NCBI GenBank assembly: GCA_963743305.1
Contig: CAVUPH010000022.1
Coordinates: 53,545 to 117,544, forward strand
Direction of reading: 5' to 3'
DNA from: an uncultured delta proteobacterium
Lineage (GTDB): Bacteria > Desulfobacterota > RBG-13-43-22
Length of the DNA stretch: 64,000 nt
Shown: piece by piece, positions 30,857 to 40,481 of the stretch
Position numbering within the stretch: the stretch's first letter is position 1
How the letters are laid out: each line of letters begins with the position of its first letter
Program-made: the position numbers and the translations under genes
Notes under the pieces: model-generated
What the model was told of the DNA's origin: nothing
Database searches by the model: none
Seen by the model: the letters and a program-made list of their open reading frames with translations, nothing else

Positions 30857-32239
30857 ATGAAGCTACAAAAGAAGTACCGTTTAGCGTTAATCGCGATCTG
30901 CATTCTGAGTGTCGCGGGGGCCGCCACTGCAGTTGTCTCTGCGCAGCAGGGGAAGGTTGTCTCCAGCTATGGACCGACGAACCAGGACGTCACCTTCGAC
31001 CAAATTAAAGCCGCGCGCATGGCCGTGAAAGCTGAGCGGGCTAAACAGCACCTGGAATTGCTGAACTCCCGGTATAACCTTTCAAAGAAAAACACTGCCG
31101 AGTCCGTTATGTCAGGGGGAAAATCCCTCCCCGTGGGACCGACAGCCAAACTTCAAGGGGTAACGTGGGAGCAACTTGGTAAAATGACCCCTGAACAGAT
31201 CAAGGAGAAGGGTGTTTTCCCATACAAGCCCCTACCCTTTGCAGACCACGCGGAAGGGGGCATGCTCTTCCCGGAGATGATCACGAAACCACTGCCACGG
31301 TTGGTTCGCTTCGACTTGGATTTCGACCTGCCGGAACATATCCTGCCGGACCCGGCCCCAGCAATTTACCTGACCACCCGGCCTGACCTCGGTGATGTGG
31401 CCAAAGGGCGTCTGATTACCATCGACAACTACTACGAGATTTTCAACGGTATCCTGAACCCCAAGCAGCTTGAGGGTCTGCGCCTTCTCGTGACCCAGTT
31501 TCCGCAACAGCAATTTAACGCGACGGAAGACCGCCGGACCGACAGGCCCAGCTTGGGCGTAACCTGCTTCGACTGTCATGCCAACGGCCATACCAACGGG
31601 GCGAATCATCTGGTGGGGGACATTCGCCCGCAGGAATTCAGGCATCGTATCGAAACGCCTTCCTTGCGGGGTGTGAACATCCAGCGGCTATTCGGTTCAC
31701 AGCGCGCTTTGAAGACAGTGGAGGATTTCACGGAGTTTGAACAGCGAGCCGCCTATTTTGATGGCGATATCTGTATGGCCGCCAAGAAGGGGGTGAACAT
31801 TCTGGAAAGGGGATCGCAAGTGCATTTCATGGCGGAATTCCTGGCGATCCTTGATTTTCCTCCGGCGCCCAAGCTCAATATCTACGGCGAACTCGACCGG
31901 ACCAAGGCTAGCGCAAGTGAATTAAGCGGTGAGACCCTTTTTAACGGGAAAGCTCGATGCGCCGCCTGCCATTCTGCCCCTTATTATACCGACAACAGCA
32001 TGCATAACCTCAGAGCGGAGCGGTTTTACAGGCAGGAGTTGGTCAATGGTATGATGATGGCCCACGACGGGCCCATTAAGACCTTTCCTTTGAGAGGCAT
32101 CAAGGATTCCCCGCCCTATCTACATGACGGGCGGTGCTTCACCCTTGAGGATACGGTGGAATATTTCAACCTGGTGCAGCAACTCCAATTGACCGCCAAG
32201 GAAAAGAGCGACATCGTTGCCTTCTTAAGGTCTTTGTAG
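30857..32239 (+). CDS. Periplasmic di-heme cytochrome c (CCP/MauG superfamily, often annotated cytochrome B6)
   Basis: Signal peptide, CFDCH, TPSLRG, CAACH and KTFPLRGIKDSPPYLHDGR. Confidence 0.88.
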   Translation: MKLQKKYRLALIAICILSVAGAATAVVSAQQGKVVSSYGPTNQDVTFDQIKAARMAVKAERAKQHLELLNSRYNLSKKNTAESVMSGGKSLPVGPTAKLQGVTWEQLGKMTPEQIKEKGVFPYKPLPFADHAEGGMLFPEMITKPLPRLVRFDLDFDLPEHILPDPAPAIYLTTRPDLGDVAKGRLITIDNYYEIFNGILNPKQLEGLRLLVTQFPQQQFNATEDRRTDRPSLGVTCFDCHANGHTNGANHLVGDIRPQEFRHRIETPSLRGVNIQRLFGSQRALKTVEDFTEFEQRAAYFDGDICMAAKKGVNILERGSQVHFMAEFLAILDFPPAPKLNIYGELDRTKASASELSGETLFNGKARCAACHSAPYYTDNSMHNLRAERFYRQELVNGMMMAHDGPIKTFPLRGIKDSPPYLHDGRCFTLEDTVEYFNLVQQLQLTAKEKSDIVAFLRSL

Positions 32240-32387
32240 GGCTGGTTCGCGGTGATTTGCATGAAGGGTGCTGGGCAGTACAAGGAGGGGATACAATAAG
32301 AAAGGGGGTGGTCAAGGATATGATAGTCAATCCGACTCAAGTCACGTCCTAACTATGAACATAACCAGAATCAAAGGAGGATTAACC

Positions 32388-32903
32388 ATGTCAAAGGGAA
32401 ATGTGGCTGTGGCTATATTCAATACTCACGTCGAGGCCGAAAATGCCGTGAAGGAATTGCAGAAATCAGGTTTTGATATGAAGAAACTGTCCATCGTGGG
32501 CAAAGATTATCACACGGAGGAACAGGTGGTCGGCTACTACCAAATGGGTGACCGCATGAAGTACTGGGGCAAAATGGGCGCCTTTTGGGGCGGCCTGTGG
32601 GGTATTTTATTCGGTGCCGCCTTCTTCTGGATTCCCGGAATTGGTCCGCTTGTCGTAGCCGGCCCGCTCGTTTCCTCCATTATTGGAGGATTGGAGGGTG
32701 CTGTAGCCGTTGGAGGGTTAACTGCCCTTGGGGCAGGGCTTTACAGCATTGGGATTCCAAAGGACAGCATTATCAATTATGAATCCTCCATCAAGTCCGA
32801 CAAGTTTCTGCTGGTGGTTCATGGATCTGGGGATGAGCTGGCTAGGGCCAAGGATATTCTGAAAAGCGCCGGCCACGAGGTGTCCGTTCATTCTCCAAGT
32901 TAG
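32388..32903 (+). CDS. General stress protein (DUF1269 / YflT-17M-like membrane protein)
   Basis: AENAVKELQKSGF..LSIVGKD, a Gly-zipper TM with IPGIGPLVVAGP, and YESSIKSDKFLLVVHG; SD AAGGAGG. Confidence 0.88.
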   Translation: MSKGNVAVAIFNTHVEAENAVKELQKSGFDMKKLSIVGKDYHTEEQVVGYYQMGDRMKYWGKMGAFWGGLWGILFGAAFFWIPGIGPLVVAGPLVSSIIGGLEGAVAVGGLTALGAGLYSIGIPKDSIINYESSIKSDKFLLVVHGSGDELARAKDILKSAGHEVSVHSPS

Positions 32904-33272
32904 AAATGATCGTTCCGGTGCCTATTCTATTGCCGGAGCTGTCCGACCGATGGGGAGGAAGCTCCGGCCAACCCGAGAAAAGGCCCCTATCTTTTAGGGG
33001 CCTGAATCATAGAGGTATTTGAAACGAGAAAAGGCGACTCTTTTTCAGCATTGACCTTCATCGTAATCCTCGGCCATGGTGTAGGATTAGCCTTTTCCAG
33101 GTATAGCGCAACGACTGACCTGGAAAGCGCCTCCAAAACATCAAACAGCAGTTTGGGGGGTTCGGGCCAGCAGATGCTGGAGTCCGAGGAAATGGTCCGG
33201 GCGCTCCATCCAGGATACCGTGATAAAGTGTGAATCAGCGTGCTGGCGAATATCGAGAATGGAGAGGAAGAT

Positions 33273-35717
33273 ATGGCAATTGAAAAAGGGATTTCCAAGG
33301 ATCTAAAAGTCAAAAGCACATCAGACTATAAGAACATCTCCTTGGAGGAGATCGTTAAATTCCTGGGAACCTCCATGGACGGTCTTTCCGAGTCAGAAGC
33401 CGGAAAACGCGTCGAGGTATTCGGGTATAATGAAATACTCGAGAAGAAAAAGAATCTTTTTCTTGAATTCTTGTTGCGCTACTGGGGGCCCATGCCGTGG
33501 CTGCTGGAGCTGGCGATGGGGCTTTCAATCGTGCTGAGACATTACCTGGAAGGAATAATCATCTTTGTGTTGCTCACGGTGAACGCCGTCATCGGCCACC
33601 TCCATTCACGCGGTTCGCAAAAAGCGGTCGAACTCCTTAAAAAGAAGCTGGCGATAAAAGCGAAGATAGTACGGAACGGGAAATGGCTCATAAAGGACGC
33701 GAAGGAGATCGTGCCCGGAGACCTCATCATCGTCGGCCTCGGGGATATTGTGCCGGCTGATGCCGTGATGGTGAGCGGAGAGATTTCAATGGATCAGTCA
33801 GCGCTCACCGGGGAATCCCTGCCAGTAGAGGCACACCGATCGGACATACTCTACTCCAGCTCCGTCGTCAAGCGTGGGGAAGCCCGGTGTGTTATTGTCA
33901 ATACCGGTGCGAATACGTACTTCGGCAAAACAACGGAATTGGTCAAAACAGCAAAGCCGAATTCCCATCAAGAGCAAGTGATGATGGCGGTGGTCAAATA
34001 TATGATGTACCTGGGGATAGCCGCCTCAATCTTGGTTTCATTGTATGCGGTGGTGATGCATTTAAGTCTACTACTGATACTGACCTTCGCCGTAATCTTC
34101 CTCATGGGTGCAGTTCCAGTGGCCCTTCCGGCCGTTCTGACCATAGTCCAGTCAGTTGGCGCCCTGGAGCTTGCCAAAAAAGGAGCGCTGGTAACCAGAC
34201 TCGATTCAATCGAGGATGCCGCTTCGATTGACATTCTCTGCTTTGATAAGACCGGGACGATAACCCAGAACCGATTGTCAGTTGCCGAAAGCATACCATT
34301 CTCCGGGCAGACGAAAGAGGAGGTCATCACCACCGCCGCGCTGGCATCGCAAGAAGAAGGCCTGGACGTCATCGATCTGGCGGTTCTCGAATATGCCAAA
34401 AGCACGGGCGTTGATTTCAACGCCTACCAGCGGATTTCTCATACACCTTTTGATCCGTCGACTAAGAGGACCGAGGCGATCATCGGAGTCGGCGCAGCGC
34501 GTTTCAAAGCGGTTAAAGGCGCGCCACAGATAGTCCTCTCCCTATGCCGGGAAATCGATAAGGACGACTTGGCCAAGGCAGACAGGATGATAGGCGAGCT
34601 TTCCCGGAAAGGATACCGAACGATAGCCCTCGCCCGTTCGGAAGGCAGCGATCTGGATAGACTTAAACTGGTCGGATTGCTGGCCCTCTCTGACCCGCTC
34701 AGGCCGGACTCAAAAAACATGATAGAACAGGCACGAAAGCTGGGAGTAAGGCCAATAATGCTGACCGGCGATAATATGTCCATAGCTAAGGAGATAGCCC
34801 TTCAGGTGGGGATCGGCGGTAACATTATCCGGATGGCGGATATCGAGGGTTTGAGTCCTGACGAACAGGTAAAGGTTGTGGGAGAAAGTGATGGGTTTGC
34901 CGAGATATATCCTGAAGACAAGTACAAAATCGTCAAACTCTTGCAATCCAGGGGCCACATGGTAGGGATGACCGGTGACGGCGTGAATGATGCGCCGGCG
35001 CTGAAGCAGGCGGAGATGGGGATAGCCGTGAGTAATGCAACCGATGTGGCCAAGGCTTCCGCGAGTGTGGTTCTCACCGAACCGGGGATCGGCGTCATTA
35101 TCAACGCCATAACCATCAGCCGGCAAACCTATCAGCGAATGCTGACCTGGGTCATCAATAAGGTTACGAAGGTCATAGAATTTGTCGGCCTTCTGACCCT
35201 GACCTTTTTCTGGCTCCATGACATTGTGCTCTCTCTCCTGGGGATGTCGCTGCTGGTATTTGCAAACGATTTCGTGACCATGTCTCTGGCGACGGACAAT
35301 GTAAAGCATACCCCGAATCCTAATCAGTGGAATGTGAAAAATATTACTCTGGCCTCCCTCATTCCGGGAATACTGCTGGTTGTAGAAGGTTTGATAGTCA
35401 TATTCATTGGCAAGAATTATTTTCATCTCGAAGGGGAAAAACTGCGAACCCTGGTCATGCTTAATCTTATATTCAACAGTCAGTTCAGGGTCCTGATCGT
35501 GAGGGAGAGACGGCATTTCTGGTCGTCGCTCCCGGGAAGGGAACTGCTTATCCTGAGCACGGCGACGATAATCGGGTTTGCATTGATGGGCCTATACGGC
35601 GTCCTGGTCCCGTCCTTGACATGGAATCAGGTTCTTATGGTTCTGGGATTTTCGACGCTGTTTACGCTGGGTATAGATTTCCCTAAATACTATCTTTTCA
35701 AAAGATTCGGATTATGA
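33273..35717 (+). CDS. P3A-type plasma-membrane proton-efflux P-type ATPase
   Basis: YWGPMPWLLE, TGES, TM4 VPVALPAV, DKTGT, KGAP, GDGVNDAPAL and TM6 FANDFVTMSL. Confidence 0.9.
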   Translation: MAIEKGISKDLKVKSTSDYKNISLEEIVKFLGTSMDGLSESEAGKRVEVFGYNEILEKKKNLFLEFLLRYWGPMPWLLELAMGLSIVLRHYLEGIIIFVLLTVNAVIGHLHSRGSQKAVELLKKKLAIKAKIVRNGKWLIKDAKEIVPGDLIIVGLGDIVPADAVMVSGEISMDQSALTGESLPVEAHRSDILYSSSVVKRGEARCVIVNTGANTYFGKTTELVKTAKPNSHQEQVMMAVVKYMMYLGIAASILVSLYAVVMHLSLLLILTFAVIFLMGAVPVALPAVLTIVQSVGALELAKKGALVTRLDSIEDAASIDILCFDKTGTITQNRLSVAESIPFSGQTKEEVITTAALASQEEGLDVIDLAVLEYAKSTGVDFNAYQRISHTPFDPSTKRTEAIIGVGAARFKAVKGAPQIVLSLCREIDKDDLAKADRMIGELSRKGYRTIALARSEGSDLDRLKLVGLLALSDPLRPDSKNMIEQARKLGVRPIMLTGDNMSIAKEIALQVGIGGNIIRMADIEGLSPDEQVKVVGESDGFAEIYPEDKYKIVKLLQSRGHMVGMTGDGVNDAPALKQAEMGIAVSNATDVAKASASVVLTEPGIGVIINAITISRQTYQRMLTWVINKVTKVIEFVGLLTLTFFWLHDIVLSLLGMSLLVFANDFVTMSLATDNVKHTPNPNQWNVKNITLASLIPGILLVVEGLIVIFIGKNYFHLEGEKLRTLVMLNLIFNSQFRVLIVRERRHFWSSLPGRELLILSTATIIGFALMGLYGVLVPSLTWNQVLMVLGFSTLFTLGIDFPKYYLFKRFGL

Positions 35718-35726
35718 ATAGGAGAA

Positions 35727-36176
35727 ATGATGCGCATAGGCCTAGCTGCAGACCATGGCGGGTTAGCGTTGAAAGTTCAACTGACCGCGGCCCTCAAGGA
35801 CGCCGGTCAGGAGGTGATGGACTTCGGCGCCCATGAGTTGGAACCCGGAGATGACTACCCGGATTTTGTGGTGCCCCTGGCCAGGGCGGTGGCGAGGGGT
35901 GAGGTCACCCGCGGCCTGGCCATCTGCGGCAGCGGGGTGGGGGCTTGCGTGGCGGCCAACAAGGTGCCTGGCGTACGGGCAGCTTTGATCACGGATTCCT
36001 TCTCCGCCCATCAGGGGGTAGAGGATGACGACATGAACGTCATGTGTCTGGGCGGTCGGGTCACCGGACAAGCCCTCTCCTGGGATTTGGTTCAGATCTT
36101 CCTGAACGCCCATTTCAAAGGGGGCGAACGGTTCAGGCGCCGTCTGGCGAAAGTGGCGGCGTTGGAAAGGATCTGA
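35727..36176 (+). CDS. rpiB: Ribose-5-phosphate isomerase B
   Basis: AADHGG, DDYPD, ICGSGVG, ANKVPGVRAA and NVMCLGGR. Confidence 0.93.
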   Translation: MMRIGLAADHGGLALKVQLTAALKDAGQEVMDFGAHELEPGDDYPDFVVPLARAVARGEVTRGLAICGSGVGACVAANKVPGVRAALITDSFSAHQGVEDDDMNVMCLGGRVTGQALSWDLVQIFLNAHFKGGERFRRRLAKVAALERI

Positions 36177-36259
36177 GCGGGACAAAAGGTTCCGAAACTC
36201 ACGAAAACTGCGGCAGAGCAAAGAATCGAATCACGCCAAACTAAGTTAGGGGGAGGAAG

Positions 36260-36447
36260 ATGAAAAAATAATGATTGTTTTGGCGAATTTGTTTGTTTTG
36301 AGTCATTCCGCATTTGCCCAGATGGGCAACGGTTATGGTGGCGGCCTGATGGGTGGCCATTGGGGATGGGGAATGGGCTATGGAGGGGGTTTTGGGATCA
36401 TTATTGCGATTCTCGTTATTTTTGGTATCATCTATATGCTGGAATGA
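36260..36447 (+). CDS. Small Gly/Met-rich membrane protein (frameshift in an A-run after the first ATG, or start at 36271)
   Basis: SD GGAGG. MIVLANLFVLSHSAFAQMGNGYGGGLMGGHWGWGMGYGGGFGIIIAILVIFGIIYMLE, similar in style to 41431. Confidence 0.6.
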
Positions 36448-36717
36448 TGAGTTGAGATAACGTACCGAAATGGAAACCATTTTAGTTTTGCTCTTCGAGG
36501 CGGCGCTTTAAGTCGAGTTCAAACAATTCTGGCGTAACCGCCTCACCAGGAAAAGTTGCTCGCGGATATCGACGGGCAGTTGCTGCGTCTCGAATCGGGA
36601 GAAACGGAAGCGTCCAACGAGCAACACCCGCCCCCGGACGGCGCCCCTAGACCGAACCCGGGGGGGATAGTTGAACGTGAAAACCGGACTAACGAACGGG
36701 ATAATGAAAGGAGTACT

Positions 36718-38652
36718 ATGCCCATCAAAAAATTGAAAGAAACAATGGATAAATTGAAGGACCAGCTTCGTTCGCTCTTCAACCCCCAGGACCCCCAGAA
36801 AAAGCAGAACGCCCTGCCCCCTAAGGCGCATTTCAGCATCTGGTATTTTCTGATCGTTTTCCTATTATTTAGTTTCGTCCAACAATACTTTCTTTCTGGA
36901 AAAGTGGAGACCATCCCTTACAGCCAATTTAAGCAATACCTGGCCGAGGGGACCGTAGTTAAACTGACCATCGGCCCGGATAACATCAACGGAACGCTGA
37001 AAGGAAAAGAAAAAAAGCCGGGGCAGGAGTTCACCACGATTCGGGTGAACGATCCCGACCTGGTGAAAGATCTGGACGCGCATAAGGTCAATTACTCCGG
37101 ACACTATGAGAGTAAATTCCTGAGCGGTCTTCTTTCCTGGATTATTCCCATCGGCATTTTTTTCCTGATCTGGCGATTCGCCATGAAAAAGATGGGGCCG
37201 GGGATGGGGGTCATGTCTTTTAGCAAGAGCAAAGCCAAGCTTTTCGCCCAGAACGAAACCCAGATCACTTTCGCCGATGTCGCCGGGATCGACGAGGCCA
37301 AGGAAGAACTTCAGGAAGTCGTGGAGTTTTTGAAGAGCCCCGGGAAGTTCCAAAAGCTGGGAGGGAAAATTCCGAAAGGCGTACTCCTGCTCGGCGCACC
37401 CGGAACGGGAAAGACCCTTCTGGCCAAGGCGGTGGCCGGAGAGGCCCAAGTCCCTTTCTTCAGCATCAGCGGGTCTGAGTTCGTGGAGATGTTCGTCGGC
37501 GTGGGCGCGGCGCGCGTTCGCGATCTGTTTTCACAGGCCACCAGCCAGGCCCCCTGCATCATCTTCATCGATGAATTGGACGCTTTGGGGAAGGCCCGGG
37601 GAATGAATGTCATGGGTGGGCATGACGAACAGGAGCAGACGCTCAATCAGCTCCTGGTGGAGATGGATGGATTCGAAACGAACAAGGGGGTCATCATCAT
37701 GGCCGCCACCAACCGACCCGAAATCCTGGATCCAGCCTTGTTGCGTCCGGGACGGTTTGACCGACAGATCCTGGTCGATCGCCCGGATATTAACGGCCGG
37801 GAGGCCATCCTGAAGATCCATTCCCGAAGCGTACTTTTAGGTCCCGATGTCGATCTCCGTTTGGTCGCCGGCCGCACTTCGGGTTTTGTGGGAGCCGACT
37901 TGGCCAACCTGATCAATGAAGCCGCCCTCCTGGCCGCCCGGAAAAACAAAGAATTGGTCGAGATGACGGATTTCGACGAGGCCATCGATCGGGTGGTTGG
38001 AGGTCTGCAGAAAAAGAACCGGGTGATGAACGCCCAGGAAAAAGAAATCGTTGCCTTTCATGAGTCCGGTCACGCGATTGTGGCTGAATCGGTCGACCAT
38101 GCCGACCCGGTGGCCAAAATCTCCATTATCCCTCGCGGGATCGCGGCCCTTGGCTATACCCAACAGCAACCCACCGAGGATCGCTATTTGATGACTCGCC
38201 CGGAACTGCTGGACCGACTGGCTGTTTTTTTAGGAGGGCGGGTGGCGGAGGAGCTGGTTTTCGGAGAAATCTCCACCGGAGCCCAAAATGATCTGCAGCG
38301 GGCTACCGACATGGCCCGTTCCATGGTCGCGGAATACGGCATGAGCGATCGCCTGGGACTGGTGACCTATGAGCGCCCCCGTCAGCCGATGTTCCTTCCG
38401 GGAAATTATCCTTCTCAGAAAACCTATAGCGAAGCGAAAGCATCCCAAATTGATGATGAGGTCGCCCGTGTCCTCGAGGAAGCCCATCAAAGAGTCCAGG
38501 GAATCCTCTCCGGGCGGCGTCCGATCCTGGATGAATTGGCCCATCTCCTTTCGCAGAAGGAAATTGTTCAGGGGGCAGAGCTCAGAGAGATGTTGGCCAA
38601 GGCCTCATCCAAACCCTTGACTCTTCTGCCGGAGACCACGGAGCCTTCTTAA
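36718..38652 (+). CDS. ftsH: ATP-dependent zinc metalloprotease FtsH
   Basis: Two TMs, [40 protein letters not shown] and HESGH; SD AAGGAG. Confidence 0.97.
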   Translation: MPIKKLKETMDKLKDQLRSLFNPQDPQKKQNALPPKAHFSIWYFLIVFLLFSFVQQYFLSGKVETIPYSQFKQYLAEGTVVKLTIGPDNINGTLKGKEKKPGQEFTTIRVNDPDLVKDLDAHKVNYSGHYESKFLSGLLSWIIPIGIFFLIWRFAMKKMGPGMGVMSFSKSKAKLFAQNETQITFADVAGIDEAKEELQEVVEFLKSPGKFQKLGGKIPKGVLLLGAPGTGKTLLAKAVAGEAQVPFFSISGSEFVEMFVGVGAARVRDLFSQATSQAPCIIFIDELDALGKARGMNVMGGHDEQEQTLNQLLVEMDGFETNKGVIIMAATNRPEILDPALLRPGRFDRQILVDRPDINGREAILKIHSRSVLLGPDVDLRLVAGRTSGFVGADLANLINEAALLAARKNKELVEMTDFDEAIDRVVGGLQKKNRVMNAQEKEIVAFHESGHAIVAESVDHADPVAKISIIPRGIAALGYTQQQPTEDRYLMTRPELLDRLAVFLGGRVAEELVFGEISTGAQNDLQRATDMARSMVAEYGMSDRLGLVTYERPRQPMFLPGNYPSQKTYSEAKASQIDDEVARVLEEAHQRVQGILSGRRPILDELAHLLSQKEIVQGAELREMLAKASSKPLTLLPETTEPS

Positions 38653-38748
38653 AACCCCAGGACAAAATGGGTTGAGGCCGCCTCAATCCGAGAGACTTTT
38701 GGCTCGAAAAGCTGGTTTTGTATTAAGTTCGAATCTCCCATACGCTTC

Positions 38749-38893
38749 CCTCCATATCTGGAGGTTCCGCCAAATATGGAGGCCTGGCCGCAAGTTCAAA
38801 CGCGACTGCCTTTCGCACCTATCTACTTAACATACTGTTTTCAATAGATGTTTCCATGTCCGGCCAATCTCCGGTTGTTGGCAACCTCTTTGC
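38749..38893 (+). promoter_or_regulatory. sigma54 promoter with double-palindrome enhancer and IHF-like site (motif family B, copy 3)
   Basis: CCTCCATATCTGGAGG at 38749-38764 and CCGCCAAATATGGAGG at 38767-38782. TAACATACTGTTT near 38828. TTGGCAACCTCTTTGCA has GG at 38880-1 and GC at 38892-3. Confidence 0.82.
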
Positions 38894-38906
38894 AATTGCT
38901 GACCTT

Positions 38907-39242
38907 ATGATCCTGGTCATCACCCGAATGAAGATTTCGGCTGCCAAGCGGCTGGAGCTGTCACAGACCATTGCTTTATTGATCGGTTCCATGAGGACGG
39001 AACCGGGATGTCGGCGTTTCGACTTTTGCCAAAATGTGGAGAATGAAAATGACCTCTATCTTCTTGAGGAATGGGAAAACCAGGAAAGTCTTAAAAACCA
39101 CCTGAGATCGGAGCGTTTTAAGGTACTTCGCGGAGCCATGAACCTTCTCCGGGAGCCCTATGAGATGCAGTTTCACACCCTCGTCCAACTATCGGGGTCG
39201 GAGAATTTAATGAGATTAGTGAACCCACCCTTGATGGACTAA
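38907..39242 (+). CDS. ABM-domain (putative quinol monooxygenase) protein
   Basis: MILVITRMKI...RTEPGC..F...LLEEWENQESLKNHLRSERF. Confidence 0.85.
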   Translation: MILVITRMKISAAKRLELSQTIALLIGSMRTEPGCRRFDFCQNVENENDLYLLEEWENQESLKNHLRSERFKVLRGAMNLLREPYEMQFHTLVQLSGSENLMRLVNPPLMD

Positions 39243-39314
39243 AACGAAGGGGATGTTTGGACGAAGGACCTTGCCGGCAAATTAATCACTTACCAAAAGA
39301 AAGAGAGGCAGCTT

Positions 39315-39845
39315 ATGCGTTTTAGCAAGATCTTCCTATTGATGACTTTGAGTCTGGCCGTTGGTTTCTTGGGTTGCACGACAGCGCAAAAGACGGAGGC
39401 TCCCAAACAGGAGCAGGTTACAAAAAATCTGGTTCCCCCAAAGGCCGAGGTCAAGGGCCAGAATTTTCTTTTGGAGCTTAGCGACCTTCAAGTCACTATG
39501 ATGGTAGACAAAACTTCGAAGGAGATCACCGGTACACCGAACCTTAAAGGCCGCATCAAAATAACCAATCAATCAACTGATAATCTGGAAATACAAGGGG
39601 TTACCTTGGAATACCTGGATCAAGCGGGTCAGCCCATTCCTTTTACCTCCGGAGAGAAAATATCGAAGGCCACCATTTTCTTGCAGGCGGTTAAGCCCGG
39701 AGAGATTACCGAAGGTTCCATCGACGCCACCATCCCCAGGATGGCGCTCAAGGAAAAGGCCCTGGGAAAAATTGAAGTCAACCTGGTCTATGTCCCGACG
39801 CCGCTTAAACGAGAGAAGTTGTCCTTTTCTCAAAAGGTTGAATAG
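39315..39845 (+). CDS. Lipoprotein of unknown function
   Basis: Lipobox FLGC and a beta-rich body. Confidence 0.75.
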   Translation: MRFSKIFLLMTLSLAVGFLGCTTAQKTEAPKQEQVTKNLVPPKAEVKGQNFLLELSDLQVTMMVDKTSKEITGTPNLKGRIKITNQSTDNLEIQGVTLEYLDQAGQPIPFTSGEKISKATIFLQAVKPGEITEGSIDATIPRMALKEKALGKIEVNLVYVPTPLKREKLSFSQKVE

Positions 39846-39857
39846 CCTGACGGGCTA

Positions 39858-39928
39858 GAAATACCGTCTTTTATTCAATAAAATACAGGATTAACCCTAT
39901 TTGAAAATTATTTATGTCAGAGTAATTT
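39858..39928 (+). promoter_or_regulatory. Tandem activator box + -10 (motif family A, copy 5)
   Basis: GAAATAC at 39858, box AAAATACAGGATTAACCCTATT at 39880-39901, 21 nt, TAATTT at 39923-39928. Confidence 0.68.
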
Positions 39929-40013
39929 TTAAAAGAGGGGCTGGTTTGGGGTACTCGTGGCGCCCGGGTGATCGATCCGAAAAAAATAATCAACTTTTCT
40001 TAAAAAGAGGAGG

Positions 40014-40451
40014 GTGTTTCACGTGAGTATAACCATGCCGGGAATGGAAACAAAGGGTGATTTTGAAAAAATCAGCAAGAAAAAACTAATGGAAGACCTC
40101 ATGACCGTGGTGAACGATGCGGAAGAGTTGCTGAAAAGGGTTGCTTCCGACCAGACCAGGGAATGGATTGCCATGGCGCAGGCCAAGGCGAAAAAATCGC
40201 TAAAGGCCGCCAATGACTGGCTCGCCGAGGAAGAAGCAACGATGACGGCCAAGGCCAGGGCAACGGCCAGGGCTACCGAGGACTATGTCCGGACCAATAC
40301 CTGGATGGTCATGGGGATGGCGGCTATGGCCGGCTTGGTCGTCGGTATTTTGGCTGTACGACGCGGGCTGCCCGTCATAGAGGAGGGGAAAAGGCTGGTC
40401 ACTCAAGTTTTGGGTACCGGGGACGATGGAAAAGTGCTGGAGAAACTCTAG
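40014..40451 (+). CDS. DUF883 / ElaB-YqjD family tail-anchored protein
   Basis: KKLMEDLMTVVNDAEELLK...ATEDYVRTNTWMVMGMAAMAGLVVGILAVRR. Confidence 0.85.
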   Translation: MFHVSITMPGMETKGDFEKISKKKLMEDLMTVVNDAEELLKRVASDQTREWIAMAQAKAKKSLKAANDWLAEEEATMTAKARATARATEDYVRTNTWMVMGMAAMAGLVVGILAVRRGLPVIEEGKRLVTQVLGTGDDGKVLEKL

Positions 40452-40481
40452 GAGAACAATCCCTATAAAGGAAGGATAACC

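Noticed and set aside
32987-33233. Short ORFs or gene remnant before the ATPase
   Set aside because: It looks coding-like, but I could not assign a family or a credible start.
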